A DNA stretch of 64,000 bases from an uncultured Prochlorococcus sp. (GTDB taxonomy: Bacteria; Cyanobacteriota; Cyanobacteriia; PCC-6307; Cyanobiaceae): assembly GCA_902627325.1 (NCBI GenBank), contig CACOIM010000002.1:5078-69077 (forward strand), in the 5' to 3' direction. The notes under the pieces were generated by a model that saw nothing but the letters and a program-made list of their open reading frames with translations, was not told the DNA's origin and did no database searches. Positions 8,116 through 21,876 of this stretch are shown one piece after another (position 1 is the first letter of the stretch; each line of letters starts with the position of its first letter). The position numbers and the translations under genes were made by a program.

Positions 8116-8490
8116 TTAATGCATGGATTCCCACATCTTTCTCATTTCAAAAAATAAATCTTTAGCAATTGATGAAGGCCAATACATTTCAAAGGATCGA
8201 GTTTGTTCATTGCTTTCAAAAATAATTCTTAAACTCCAATTATTTTTTGTACCTTCAAGTTCTGCATACCAAGCTAATCTTTCAATTTCTAAAGATATTA
8301 ATTCTTCATCCATAAATTGGTTTTCTAAAGTCAAATATTGATCTAATAATGTATCTAATAATTTGAACAATGAAGCAAACTCATGGTCTTGTAATTCTAT
8401 TGACCATTTATTAACACCTATTAAAAAAGAATATTTACCCTTATCTGGATTTCTAATTAATCTCCAATTATCTTCCTCCTTAAATGACAC
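8116..8490 (-). CDS. DUF1818 family protein
   Basis: 'WRL..NP...LIG...WSIEL...QFMDEELISLEIE...ELEG...WSLR' pattern. Start overlaps the rpoZ stop. Confidence 0.82.
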   Translation of the reverse strand: MSFKEEDNWRLIRNPDKGKYSFLIGVNKWSIELQDHEFASLFKLLDTLLDQYLTLENQFMDEELISLEIERLAWYAELEGTKNNWSLRIIFESNEQTRSFEMYWPSSIAKDLFFEMRKMWESMH

Positions 8491-8726
8491 TAACCAGGAA
8501 GTAAGTCTGGTTGGTCTTGCTCATCACTTAACTCGATAATGGATCTTTGTACAGGCTTAATTGTTGACTCATCTAACAATCCATCAAAGTCATCAAACCT
8601 TCTTTGTTTAGCTCTAAAAGCAATTTTTACAGTTGTTAAATATCTATTTTTAGATTGCCTTATTAAACTTTCACCTCTTTTTGCAAGATCATTTGAATCG
8701 ATGCCAGAATTATTGGATATATTCAT
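8490..8726 (-). CDS. rpoZ: RNA polymerase omega subunit
   Basis: '[25 protein letters not shown]...[13 protein letters not shown]' cyanobacterial omega. Confidence 0.95.
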   Translation of the reverse strand: MNISNNSGIDSNDLAKRGESLIRQSKNRYLTTVKIAFRAKQRRFDDFDGLLDESTIKPVQRSIIELSDEQDQPDLLPG

Positions 8727-8819
8727 AAGTTTTTATTTTAATTATACTATAAAGTTAGTGAGATTCCTCTCTACTTTAAAATTTCAATTTAATTAATTTA
8801 TTGAAGTAAAGATTTCTTT

Positions 8820-10388
8820 ATGTCTGAAAAAATAATTGGAACACTTTCTATAGATTTAGGTAATACGAATACAGTTTTGGCTTTTCAAGGAGAGAAAAAT
8901 TCAACTCCAATACTTCTAGAGATTCCTTCAATAGCTAAATCTCCTGGCATTGTACCAACTGCTATTTGGTTTGAAGAAGAGAAAGGTGGAAAAGCAATTA
9001 TTGGAACAGAAGCCTTAAAGATGATTAATCAAAATAATCAAGAAAAATATTTTTATTCAAACTTTAAACGACTAATTGGTAATCCAGATGAAAAGTACCC
9101 AGAAAAATATTTAAGTCCAGAAGATGCTGGAGAAAAATTTTTTAAAAGGTTATGGGATTATATTCCAAAAATATTTCTGATTAAAAGATTAGTCTTAACA
9201 GCTCCTATCGATACTTATAAAGGATATCGGAGATGGCTAGTAAATATTTGCGATAATTTACCAATTAAAGAAATAGCATTGGTTGATGAGCCAACTGCTG
9301 CAGCTATTGGAATAAATGTACCTTTTGGATCAAAAATAATGATTATTGATATCGGAGGAAGCACTATCGATTTAAATATTGTTCGGATTGAGGGGGGTGA
9401 GGGTAGATCAGCGCCAATTGCAGAATTACTAAAATTTAATAGTAGAGATGTAAGTGAAATTTCAAAGCAAACTCTTAGATGTGCAGAAATAATTAGTAAA
9501 TCTGCATGTAAATTCGGAGGCAAAGATATTGATAGATGGATTGTAGAATATTTCTTACCTCAGAATAAAGATAATAGAAATTTATCTATAGCAGAACAAA
9601 TAAAATGTAACTTAAGCTCAGAGAATATTAAGCCTGATCAACAATATATTGCATCATTTTTTGTGAATAATGATGAAAAGAAAGAATTTATAATAAGCAA
9701 GAGAATATTTGAAGAAATATTAATTTCAAATAATCTAATAAAGCTTCTAAGTTCTCTTTTAGTAAGTTTGCTAAACGAAGCAAGAGGGAAAGATTGCAAT
9801 ATAAATGATCTTTGGTCTGTAATTTTGGTTGGTGGTGGTACTCAAATTCCATTAATTAGAAACTGGATTAGTTATAAGCTGCCAAAAGTGACTATAAATT
9901 ATCCACCTCCAATAGAATCGATTTCTTTAGGAGCATTATCTTTAACTCCAGGAGTCCAAATAAAGGATATATTATCAAAAGGTCTTTTAATAAGACTTTT
10001 TAATAAACGAGAAAATAAACATTTCTGGCATCCCATTTTTTATAAAGGTCAAACATGGCCAACTGAGAAACCCTTTGAACTTATTTTGCAACCCAGTAAT
10101 GAAGACCAAGTCAAATTTGAAATCATTATTGGCGAAACTGTAGAGAATAATGATTTTGACATAATCTTTGAGAATGGTATTCCAAAGTTAGCAGAAATAC
10201 AAAAAGGAGAAAATATTAAAGCTTGGAATAGAAAACCTTTGATGCTAACGATAAAGGGTCCATCAAACCTCGGCAAGGATTGTCTTAAATTAGTTTTTAG
10301 TATTGATAAAAATTCAAATCTGATTGTAGAATGTAAAGAATATTCTGATAACCAAATAGGAGTTTTTAATTTAGGATCAATTTTCTAA
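8820..10388 (+). CDS. Hsp70/DnaK-like protein (atypical, short C-terminal domain)
   Basis: IDLGNTNT, DEPTAAA, IDIGGST, GGKDID and VILVGGGTQIP Hsp70 ATPase motifs. Confidence 0.92.
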   Translation: MSEKIIGTLSIDLGNTNTVLAFQGEKNSTPILLEIPSIAKSPGIVPTAIWFEEEKGGKAIIGTEALKMINQNNQEKYFYSNFKRLIGNPDEKYPEKYLSPEDAGEKFFKRLWDYIPKIFLIKRLVLTAPIDTYKGYRRWLVNICDNLPIKEIALVDEPTAAAIGINVPFGSKIMIIDIGGSTIDLNIVRIEGGEGRSAPIAELLKFNSRDVSEISKQTLRCAEIISKSACKFGGKDIDRWIVEYFLPQNKDNRNLSIAEQIKCNLSSENIKPDQQYIASFFVNNDEKKEFIISKRIFEEILISNNLIKLLSSLLVSLLNEARGKDCNINDLWSVILVGGGTQIPLIRNWISYKLPKVTINYPPPIESISLGALSLTPGVQIKDILSKGLLIRLFNKRENKHFWHPIFYKGQTWPTEKPFELILQPSNEDQVKFEIIIGETVENNDFDIIFENGIPKLAEIQKGENIKAWNRKPLMLTIKGPSNLGKDCLKLVFSIDKNSNLIVECKEYSDNQIGVFNLGSIF

Positions 10389-10762
10389 TTAAAAAAAAAT
10401 TATTTTTATATTAAATTTTTAGGGTAATCAAATATTCTTAATAATATTAATCATAAGCATTTGCATTAATTTGATTATTCATATTTAAAGTTTTTTTATT
10501 TTTTCTTTTAAAATTTTCCTTAAATTTCAGATGTATAAAATTTATTTGATCCTCTTATTAGAATTTCAAGTCTAATCATTAATTAACTTAAAATCATACA
10601 TATTAAGTATTTAATTTTTTCTCTTGATTTGACATTAAATAACAATAATAAATAAAATTCTAAATTAGCAAAAGCTAACTAATATAAAAATTATTTGTAT
10701 GAACTACCGTTTACAGCTAAGTTAGAGGTTGGTTCTATTTAAACCAGCAGATTAAATTAAGT

Positions 10763-12385
10763 ATGCACAATATTAAAGAAGCTAACGTAAATAGAAAAAA
10801 AACTCCTGAGAGTCCAGTAGTGCTAGCGATTCTTGATGGATGGGGGCATAGAGAGGAAGTTAAAGATAATGCTGTCAAAAGCGCAAATACACCTATAATG
10901 GATGCCTTGTGGCATGCTTATCCTCATACTTTTATAAGTGCAAGCGGGGCTGATGTTGGGCTACCAGATGGTCAAATGGGCAATTCTGAGGTTGGTCATC
11001 TAACAATTGGCTCTGGCAGAATTATCCAGCAAGAATTAGTAAGAATTTCAAACGTTATTAAAAATAATCAACTAAATGAAGTAATTGAATTAGAAAGAAT
11101 CGCAGATAATATTAAAAAAAATAATGGTACTCTTCACATTACTGGACTTTGTTCTGATGGTGGCGTTCATAGCCACATTGATCATTTATTGGGCCTAATA
11201 AAATGGGCTTCTGAAATTGGTATAAAAGATCTTGCCATTCATGTCATTACTGACGGAAGAGATACTCCTGCTCAAAGTGCCTCAAAATATTTAACCCAAA
11301 TAAAGTCTTGTATTTCTAAATTCAAAGTAGGGAAAATCGCTTCTATATGTGGTAGATATTGGATAATGGATAGAAACCAACTATGGGATAGAACTGAAAA
11401 AGCTTTCTTAAATCTCACCGACCCAAACGTTAAGGTTGAGGAGATTAATATTGAAGATTTTCTTAGAAGAAACTATCAAAATAATATTACAGATGAATTT
11501 CTTGAGCCAGTAAGATTATCCAATGATTTTCTTAAAGATGGAGATAGTTTAATATGTTTCAATTTTCGCCCTGATAGAGCTAGGCAAATAGTGAAAGCAT
11601 TGTCAGAGAAAAATTTTTCTGCATTTAAAAGACTACATACTCCCCAATTAAATATCCTAACCTTTACTCAATATGAAGCAAATTTAGCTGTCAATGTTGC
11701 ATTTCCTCCAGAATCACTCAATAACTTTATAGGTCAAATAGTTTCAGAAAATGGTCTCAAACAATATAGAACAGCTGAAACTGAAAAATATCCACACGTA
11801 ACTTATTTTTTTAATGGTGGGGTTGAAATACCATTAAAAGGGGAAGAAAGGCACTTAATCCCATCGCCAAGAGTGGCCACCTATGATTTAGCCCCAGAAA
11901 TGTCTGCGAAGGAACTAACCATAAGCTGTTCCAATGCTATCAGAAGCGGCAAATATGCTTTTATAGTTATAAATTTTGCTAACCCAGATATGGTTGGCCA
12001 CACAGGTAATATGGATGCTGCAGTAAAAGCTATTGAAACTGTTGATGAATGTGTAGGCAAAATTGTTAATGCAACAGGTGAAATGGGTGGAAGTATTCTT
12101 ATTACCGCAGATCACGGCAATGCAGAAATGATGAAGGATGCTAATGGTGAACCATGGACAGCTCATACTACAAACCTTGTCCCTCTTATTTTTATAGAGG
12201 GTGAAAAAAGAAAAATTCCTAATCAAGGTAATGATATTTACTTAAGGGATAATGCCGGACTAGCAGATATTGCTCCAACATTATTACAATTATTAAATCT
12301 ACCCATACCAAAAGAAATGACTGGAAAATCTCTGATAAAAGAAATTGAATTGAAAGACAAGCATAAAGTCTTTCAGCATGTTTAA
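10763..12385 (+). CDS. gpmI: 2,3-bisphosphoglycerate-independent phosphoglycerate mutase
   Basis: [39 protein letters not shown] and TADHGNAE motifs. Confidence 0.98.
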   Translation: MHNIKEANVNRKKTPESPVVLAILDGWGHREEVKDNAVKSANTPIMDALWHAYPHTFISASGADVGLPDGQMGNSEVGHLTIGSGRIIQQELVRISNVIKNNQLNEVIELERIADNIKKNNGTLHITGLCSDGGVHSHIDHLLGLIKWASEIGIKDLAIHVITDGRDTPAQSASKYLTQIKSCISKFKVGKIASICGRYWIMDRNQLWDRTEKAFLNLTDPNVKVEEINIEDFLRRNYQNNITDEFLEPVRLSNDFLKDGDSLICFNFRPDRARQIVKALSEKNFSAFKRLHTPQLNILTFTQYEANLAVNVAFPPESLNNFIGQIVSENGLKQYRTAETEKYPHVTYFFNGGVEIPLKGEERHLIPSPRVATYDLAPEMSAKELTISCSNAIRSGKYAFIVINFANPDMVGHTGNMDAAVKAIETVDECVGKIVNATGEMGGSILITADHGNAEMMKDANGEPWTAHTTNLVPLIFIEGEKRKIPNQGNDIYLRDNAGLADIAPTLLQLLNLPIPKEMTGKSLIKEIELKDKHKVFQHV

Positions 12386-12400
12386 ATTAATAAAAAAATC

Positions 12401-12625
12401 ATGAGCACTGTACTTACTTGGATTTGGGCTTTCTCAGGCTTACTTCTGATCCTTCTTGTTTTATTGCATAGTCCCAAAGGAGACGGGATGGGAGGAATTG
12501 CAGCAAGTGGTAGTTCAATGTTTACTAGTGCGAGTAGTGCAGAAGCCTCACTTAATAAAGCTACATGGACAGTTTTAATAATATTCTTATTACTTGCAAT
12601 TGTTTTAAGTGCCGGTTGGATATGA
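12401..12625 (+). CDS. secG: preprotein translocase subunit SecG
   Basis: 'LVLLHSPKGDGMGG...FTSASSAEASLNKATW', 2 TM, follows gpmI. Confidence 0.96.
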   Translation: MSTVLTWIWAFSGLLLILLVLLHSPKGDGMGGIAASGSSMFTSASSAEASLNKATWTVLIIFLLLAIVLSAGWI

Positions 12626-12646
12626 TTACTTTTAAAAATAAATAAT

Positions 12647-12676
12647 AAAAAAAGGGAGTAAATCTACTCCCTTTAT
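12647..12676 (-). terminator. intrinsic terminator of groESL (probably bidirectional with secG)
   Basis: Perfect stem AAAGGGAGTA-aatc-TACTCCCTTT with an extended U-tract on the minus strand, between convergent genes. Confidence 0.88.
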
Positions 12677-12698
12677 AAAGTTAAACTCAAATTGCTAA

Positions 12699-14363
<1,665 letters not shown>

Positions 14364-14387
14364 TTAATAATTTTTGAAACAAATAAT

Positions 14388-14699
14388 TTAGCTTACAACA
14401 GCCAAAATATCTTTTTCTGAAAGTAAGACGTATTCATCTCCTCCCAATTTGATGTCGGTTCCAGCATATTTGCTATAAAGAACTTTATCGCCAATACTCA
14501 CTTCAGGAGTTTGTCGTGAACCATCATCATTAAGCTTCCCAGGGCCTACCTGAGCGACTTCTCCTACTTGAGGTTTTTCTTTCGCTGAATCGGGCAAAAG
14601 TATGCCTCCAGCAGTTTTTTCCTCAGATTCGGAAACTTTGATAAAAATGCGATCTCCCAGTGGTTTTACTGTAGAGACTGATAGTGAAACAGCTGCCAT
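14388..14699 (-). CDS. groS: co-chaperonin GroES
   Basis: [15 protein letters not shown] and KYAGT motifs, directly upstream of groEL. Confidence 0.99.
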   Translation of the reverse strand: MAAVSLSVSTVKPLGDRIFIKVSESEEKTAGGILLPDSAKEKPQVGEVAQVGPGKLNDDGSRQTPEVSIGDKVLYSKYAGTDIKLGGDEYVLLSEKDILAVVS

Positions 14700-14817
14700 A
14701 AATTAATGCAGGGACGTAAAAAAGGACGCTTAGCGTCAAAAATTTGGCAAGAGCATTACTCAAACCTTATGATCAACAAGATAATCTGCTAAGCATCAAT
14801 TCAACCACTCTTTTACT

Positions 14818-14833
14818 GTGCGGTTGGCCGAAC
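14818..14833 (-). promoter_or_regulatory. K-box upstream of groESL
   Basis: Minus strand GTTCGG-CCAA-CCGCAC matches the cyanobacterial K-box consensus GTTCGG-NNAN-CCNNAC exactly. Confidence 0.85.
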
Positions 14834-14914
14834 CCAGTTAACGGATATACCCTCGGGATGGTATTATTTTCGCATTCATAGCTGTAAAAAATCAGCTTAT
14901 CATCACCAAGTTAA

Positions 14915-16381
<1,467 letters not shown>

Positions 16382-16418
16382 TTTTTCTTAATTATTAAAT
16401 TTATTAATCAAATAACGA

Positions 16419-16823
16419 ATGACTATTTCATTAAAAGTTTTAGCTCCTAATCAAAATGTTTACGAGGGAGAAGCGGAAGAAGTAATACTTCCAAGTACTA
16501 CAGGGCAATTAGGTGTCCTCCCAGGTCACATATCTCTTGTCACGGCAATTGATATTGGAGTACTGAGATTAAGAAATAATTCTAAATGGGTTTCAATAGC
16601 TTTAATGGGTGGATTCGCAGAAATTGAATCTGATGAGGTGACAGTATTAGTCAATAGCGCTGAAATTGGTTCTCAAATCAATACCCAAGTTGCAGAAGAA
16701 GCTTTAAATAAAGCAAAAGAGCAACTTAACAAATTAACGGATACTGAAAAAAGTTCAGAAAAAATTAAAGCCATTAACGAAGTGTCAAAAGCACAAGCCA
16801 GAATACAAGCTTCAAAAAATTAG
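16419..16823 (+). CDS. atpC: F1 ATP synthase epsilon subunit
   Basis: '[14 protein letters not shown]...MGGFAEI', follows atpD. Confidence 0.98.
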   Translation: MTISLKVLAPNQNVYEGEAEEVILPSTTGQLGVLPGHISLVTAIDIGVLRLRNNSKWVSIALMGGFAEIESDEVTVLVNSAEIGSQINTQVAEEALNKAKEQLNKLTDTEKSSEKIKAINEVSKAQARIQASKN

Positions 16824-16824
16824 T

Positions 16825-17298
16825 TTAAGCAGTTCCACAGAATGTAACTTCAGGGAACTTGAGCTTGGCTTCCTCTAACTTCTTTGTTTTACCCTCACCT
16901 TGCCAGTAATTAATAACCTCAGTCGCTTTATTTAAAATTTCTACCCTCTCATGATCGGTAATCCAGCCTTTATTTTCTAATTCTGTCTTTAATTTTTCCC
17001 AGGCATCTTCTCTTGGCCAGAAGAAATAAGCAGTTAATGGACTTGGTCCCCCTCCCACTATTTGATCAACAGCTAATGCAACATTATCTGGCAACCATAA
17101 GATTTTGATGATAAATCTACCTTCATCAGGTTTTGGAGTATATCCAGTAGGCACGCCATCTTCATCTATTGTTGCTGCTGCAAGAACAGCTGAAGCTCCC
17201 ATCATCCCTGAATTTGGAATTGAGTTTTTTGAATTTTGAGCATCACCTTTTTGTTGTTGTTGATCAGCAATATTCTCATTTGAACTATCGGATGTCAT
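16825..17298 (-). CDS. ycf65: 30S ribosomal protein PSRP-3 / Ycf65
   Basis: '[16 protein letters not shown]...[26 protein letters not shown]' PSRP-3 family motif. Confidence 0.92.
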   Translation of the reverse strand: MTSDSSNENIADQQQQKGDAQNSKNSIPNSGMMGASAVLAAATIDEDGVPTGYTPKPDEGRFIIKILWLPDNVALAVDQIVGGGPSPLTAYFFWPREDAWEKLKTELENKGWITDHERVEILNKATEVINYWQGEGKTKKLEEAKLKFPEVTFCGTA

Positions 17299-17439
17299 CT
17301 GAAAAATTAAATTAATACATTATAATTTATCAGTTCATGGGTGCACTTTGGCAAGATAATCAAACTTTAATTTGTATTATGATTGCATAATTTAATTTTA
17401 GAGTCTTAATTCTGTATTTATCAAATCTCATCAATTTTT

Positions 17440-17598
17440 TCATCCATTTAGATTAACTTCATAGTAATTATAAATTTCAGACTCAAGTCTATCCCAAAGA
17501 TCTTTTGGAATTTCATTCTCTTCAGCAAATAATCCTAATTGTCCTGACAATGCACGTGCTTGAGACAATCTCAAATCATAGGAATTTTCTTCTGGCAT
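17440..17598 (-). CDS. 52-aa hypothetical protein
   Basis: Hand translation MPEENSYDLRLSQARALSGQLGLFAEENEIPKDLWDRLESEIYNYYEVNLNG. Fills the gap between pepP and ycf65 on the same strand. Confidence 0.75.
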   Translation of the reverse strand: MPEENSYDLRLSQARALSGQLGLFAEENEIPKDLWDRLESEIYNYYEVNLNG

Positions 17599-17658
17599 TT
17601 TAAAATTTAAAATAATAATTATGAAAATAAATCCTTTTACATAAATAAGTCAAATAGT

Positions 17659-18984
17659 TCACGTCTCTAAATCAGCAATCTCTTTACAAGCAACAGAACT
17701 AAGAATTTCTGGACATTGACCATTTACCAACACATCATCTTCTATTCTTATACCAATTCCTTTCCATCTATCAGGTATTTCAGGTTGTCCTTTTGGTATT
17801 GGCATCCTATCGCTTATATAGATACCAGGCTCAACAGTTAAGATCATTCCATCCCTTAATAAGACTTCATAATCTCCTAATCTATATGCACCAACATCAT
17901 GTACATCTAACCCCAGCCAATGTCCTGTCTTATGCATATAAAAATGCTTATATGAGCAATTTTCAATAATTTCATCGACGCTACCTCTTAGCAAATTAAT
18001 TTCTAATAAACCTTCTATGATTACCCTTAAAGCTTCATTATGTATATCACTAGAACTCATTCCAATAACGACAGATCGTAGGGCTTTTTTTTGAGCCTCT
18101 AAAACAATTTCATAAATAGCTCTTTGCTCTCCTGAAAATTTTCCACCTATAGGGAATGTTCTAGTAATATCCCCATTGTAATAATCCTGCAAAGAACACC
18201 CTGCATCAACTAATAGTAAGTCATCTTTTTTTAATTCCGAATTATTAGCGGTGTAATGCAAAACGCATGCATTATCACCAGAAGCAACAATTGAATTATA
18301 GGCGGGTCCTCTTGCTCCTTTCTCAAGAAAGAAGCCCTCTAGAAGGCCTTGTATCTGCTTCTCATGCTTTTTGCTCCCAACATTAAGCCTTACCAGTTCA
18401 TGGGCCTCTGCAGAGATTAGAACAGCCTCTCTCATCCTAGAAATCTCATATTCACTTTTAATCAATCTCATTTGATTTAGAAACATACCTAGAGGTCGTA
18501 TTGCTCGAGGGGCTCTTCCTATCCTTGAATAATTATCAATTTGCTTTGCCCAAAGGCTTAATACAATGTGTTCAATTTCTGGATATTTGCCAACAGGAAA
18601 AACTATCTCATCTGCCCCCATTAGATAATTGGGTAACTCTTTCTCAAATTCACTTATTGGATATGACTTATCCGCTTTAAATATCTTTTCTGCACCATTA
18701 GTACCCCATCTAAATCCATTCCAAACTTCACTTTCTATATTTTTAGGATGAACAAATAATATATATCTTTCTCCTTTCGGTTTATGTGATAAAAATAAAG
18801 CTATAGCATCTGGTTCATCAAAACCAGTTAAATACCAAAAATTACTTTCTTGCCTAAAGGGATATTCGCAATCAGTATGATGTTTCACAAGCTTAGCTCC
18901 AGGAATTATTGCGGCTCTACCATCTAGTTTTGATAAAAAATTGTTTCTCCTTTCTTGGAAAACTTGATTATCTAATTGATTCAT
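17659..18984 (-). CDS. pepP: Xaa-Pro aminopeptidase (M24B)
   Basis: FRQESNFWYLTG, DITRT, HKTGHWLGLDVHD, TVEPG and GIRIEDD motifs. Confidence 0.97.
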   Translation of the reverse strand: MNQLDNQVFQERRNNFLSKLDGRAAIIPGAKLVKHHTDCEYPFRQESNFWYLTGFDEPDAIALFLSHKPKGERYILFVHPKNIESEVWNGFRWGTNGAEKIFKADKSYPISEFEKELPNYLMGADEIVFPVGKYPEIEHIVLSLWAKQIDNYSRIGRAPRAIRPLGMFLNQMRLIKSEYEISRMREAVLISAEAHELVRLNVGSKKHEKQIQGLLEGFFLEKGARGPAYNSIVASGDNACVLHYTANNSELKKDDLLLVDAGCSLQDYYNGDITRTFPIGGKFSGEQRAIYEIVLEAQKKALRSVVIGMSSSDIHNEALRVIIEGLLEINLLRGSVDEIIENCSYKHFYMHKTGHWLGLDVHDVGAYRLGDYEVLLRDGMILTVEPGIYISDRMPIPKGQPEIPDRWKGIGIRIEDDVLVNGQCPEILSSVACKEIADLET

Positions 18985-19056
18985 AACTTATAGGGTTGGC
19001 GTGTTTAAATAAAAAATGGAAGAATGAATTGTAATTATTAATTCTGGCCCAAGTTA

Positions 19057-20034
19057 ATGGAACCTAACGTTCTCATTCTAGTCACGCTTATTTTCATAAT
19101 ATTGATAGGTTCAGCATGTTGTTCTGGGGCTGAAGCCGCATTCTTAGCTGTTAATTCAATGAGAATTCTCGAATTAGCAACAAAACAAAAAACCAAAGGG
19201 TCGGCTAATCAATTACTAAAATTAAGAAAACATTTAGGGAGAACCTTAACAGTAATAACAATTACTAATAATGGTTTCAATATTATAGGTAGTCTCATCT
19301 TAGGTTTTTATGGAGCTTTATTAATTGACAATCGCTTTGGTTTGACTATCTTCTCAATCGGTTTTTACATACTAGTAGTTTTAATAGGAGAAGTAGTACC
19401 CAAAGCTATTGGCACAAGATTCTCTTTACAGATAGCAATTTTATCAGTACCTATTTTGAGAATGCTAAATAGTATAATGAGGCCTTTTTTAATATTAATT
19501 GAAAAATTATTTCCTGTCATAACAGCAGAAAATGAAATATCAACTGACGAAGAAGATATTAGACAGATGGCTAAAATAGGATCGCAAAAAGGATTAATTG
19601 AGGCTGATGAAGCAGCAATGATTTCAAAAGTTTTCCAACTTAACGATCTTAAAGCAAAAGATCTCATGATCCCAAGAGTTTCAGCTCCGAGCATCAATGG
19701 TTGCGAAACCATTGAAAAGATCTCAGAATTAATAGTTTCAAATACTTCTCCTTGGTGGGTCGTTCTCGGAGATAAGGTTGACAAGATACAAGGTATTGCT
19801 AAAAGAGAAAAATTACTTACAGCTATAATTAACAAAAATAAATCTACTTTAGTTACTGAATTATGTGAGCCTGTTGAGTATATTCCTGAAATGATAAAGA
19901 TTGATAAGCTTTTGACGACATTTGACAATGATAATAAAGGAGTGAAAGTAGTAGTAGATGAATTTGGTGGTTTTGTGGGATTAATTGGTGCAGAAGCTAT
20001 ACTTTCTGTTTTAGCTGGGTGGTGGAAGAAATGA
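19057..20034 (+). CDS. CNNM/DUF21-CBS domain protein (hemolysin/CorC family)
   Basis: SGAEAAF, GEVVPK and VVVDEFGG motifs. Confidence 0.92.
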   Translation: MEPNVLILVTLIFIILIGSACCSGAEAAFLAVNSMRILELATKQKTKGSANQLLKLRKHLGRTLTVITITNNGFNIIGSLILGFYGALLIDNRFGLTIFSIGFYILVVLIGEVVPKAIGTRFSLQIAILSVPILRMLNSIMRPFLILIEKLFPVITAENEISTDEEDIRQMAKIGSQKGLIEADEAAMISKVFQLNDLKAKDLMIPRVSAPSINGCETIEKISELIVSNTSPWWVVLGDKVDKIQGIAKREKLLTAIINKNKSTLVTELCEPVEYIPEMIKIDKLLTTFDNDNKGVKVVVDEFGGFVGLIGAEAILSVLAGWWKK

Positions 20035-21299
20035 ATTCACAGCAATTAAAATTAAATCAATGTTACTTACTTTTTAAAAGCTGGTGGAAATCAACAGAAC
20101 TTACAAATTTTGAGAAATATATATTAAATAATGAAATTATTACTTTTAATCAACAATTAATCAGGCTTAATGAGAAGATCATCCGAATCGGTGTCTATGG
20201 GAAAACTGGAGTCGGGAAATCATCTATATCCAATAATATATTACAAGAAAATTTCTTTCACACCGGAATTTTGAATGGCCTTATAAAAAATCCATGTTCA
20301 AAAGAATTGCATTTAAAAAACAATTTTATAAAATCAATTGAATTAATTGATTATCCAGGATTTGATATATGTAATAATAATAAAGAGAAGGAAATACAAA
20401 ACCTTAATGCTCTTGATTTAATTCTTTTCGTAACTTCAGGAGACGTAAATAGACAAGAGCTTGATAAACTATTATTACTGATAAGACAAGGGAAAAACAT
20501 TATATTAATTATTAATAAAGCTGATATTTGGGACAAAGAAGAAATTGAAATTATAAAAAAAAATATAAGAGAAAAATTACCCATAAATTGCAATATTCCA
20601 ATAATAACTTACTCAATCAAAGACAAAGACTTGTGTTATAAACACAAAATTTTTAATTACTTAAATATTACTTTAAATAGAATTGGCTATAATATCTTAA
20701 TTTACAATACATATCAAATAGCTAATAAATTAGCTTGCAATATTAAAGAGGAAAGACTTATAAAAAGAAAGCAAAAAGCTCAATCTCTTATTGGAAAATT
20801 TGCGACTGTAAAAGCCTCAAGTGTTGCATTAAATCCAATAATTTTTATTGATATTGCAGGCAGTGCTACTCTCGATACAATTTTAATAAATGAATTAAGC
20901 AAGTTATATGGACTAAAAGTAAAAAGTAAATCAGCTATTTCACTTTTTAAGACAATATCTTTGAATAATTTATTTTTAGGAATAACACAAATTGGTATAC
21001 ATTCATCTTTCAATTTAATTAAAAAAATTAGTTTAATAATGGCTCCTTTCACAGGTGGATTATCCTTAATTCCATATGGACCAGTTGCAATAGTTCAGGC
21101 AGCGATTGCATTATATACGACTAAAACCATCGGGAAATTGGTAGCGAAGGAAATACTTGAAAGAAGCATGATAAATAATTTAGACCCTTTTAAAAATATT
21201 CAACAAATTATTTTTAAAGATCCAGATATTTTATGCTCAAATCAATATTTTAAAAATAGCCAAAATTCTGATAGAGATTCTTCAATTTTGATACCTTGA
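20019..21299 (+). CDS. GTP-binding protein with DUF697 (YcjF-like) domain
   Basis: G1 GKTGVGKS, G3 DYPG, G4 NKAD, and C-terminal 'ALNPIIFID...LSKLYG'. Likely start ATG 20031. Confidence 0.88.
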   Translation: MVEEMNSQQLKLNQCYLLFKSWWKSTELTNFEKYILNNEIITFNQQLIRLNEKIIRIGVYGKTGVGKSSISNNILQENFFHTGILNGLIKNPCSKELHLKNNFIKSIELIDYPGFDICNNNKEKEIQNLNALDLILFVTSGDVNRQELDKLLLLIRQGKNIILIINKADIWDKEEIEIIKKNIREKLPINCNIPIITYSIKDKDLCYKHKIFNYLNITLNRIGYNILIYNTYQIANKLACNIKEERLIKRKQKAQSLIGKFATVKASSVALNPIIFIDIAGSATLDTILINELSKLYGLKVKSKSAISLFKTISLNNLFLGITQIGIHSSFNLIKKISLIMAPFTGGLSLIPYGPVAIVQAAIALYTTKTIGKLVAKEILERSMINNLDPFKNIQQIIFKDPDILCSNQYFKNSQNSDRDSSILIP

Positions 21300-21865
21300 A
21301 AAGAAATCTTCAAAAAGTCGCATTATTTGGCACTAGCGCAGATCCTCCTTCTAATGGTCATAAAAAAATCATTGAAGAATTATCAAACATTTATAATTTT
21401 GTGATCTCTTACGCAAGTGATAATCCATCGAAAAGACATTCAGAGAATTTATATTTTAGAAGCTTACTTTTAAAAACATTAGTCAATGATTTTAATAATC
21501 CAAAAATATCTTTTGATCAAGATTTAAGTAGTCCTTGGGCTATCTCATCAATTAGGAAGTGCAAAAAAAAATATAATTTCATTGATATAGATTTCGTAAT
21601 TGGTAGTGATCTTTTAGAAGAAATAATAGTTTGGAAAAATATTAATGAAATATTTAAAGAAGCTAATCTCCTTATAATTCCAAGGATTGATTACCCCATA
21701 AAAGAAAAAAGTCTAAAATTAATAAAAGACCTTGACGGTAAATTCAAAATTTCTCTGTTTCAAATTCCAAAAATTTCTAGCTCAAATATAAGGGGGGATA
21801 TAAATTATGCAGGATTACCAAAATGCCTAATACCTATAATTGAAAAAAATAATCTGTATAGTTGA
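21296..21865 (+). CDS. nadD: nicotinate-nucleotide adenylyltransferase
   Basis: FGTSADPPSNGH, VIGSD and ISSSNIR motifs, adjacent to nadE. Confidence 0.94.
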   Translation: MKRNLQKVALFGTSADPPSNGHKKIIEELSNIYNFVISYASDNPSKRHSENLYFRSLLLKTLVNDFNNPKISFDQDLSSPWAISSIRKCKKKYNFIDIDFVIGSDLLEEIIVWKNINEIFKEANLLIIPRIDYPIKEKSLKLIKDLDGKFKISLFQIPKISSSNIRGDINYAGLPKCLIPIIEKNNLYS

Positions 21866-21876
21866 TATAAAAAATA

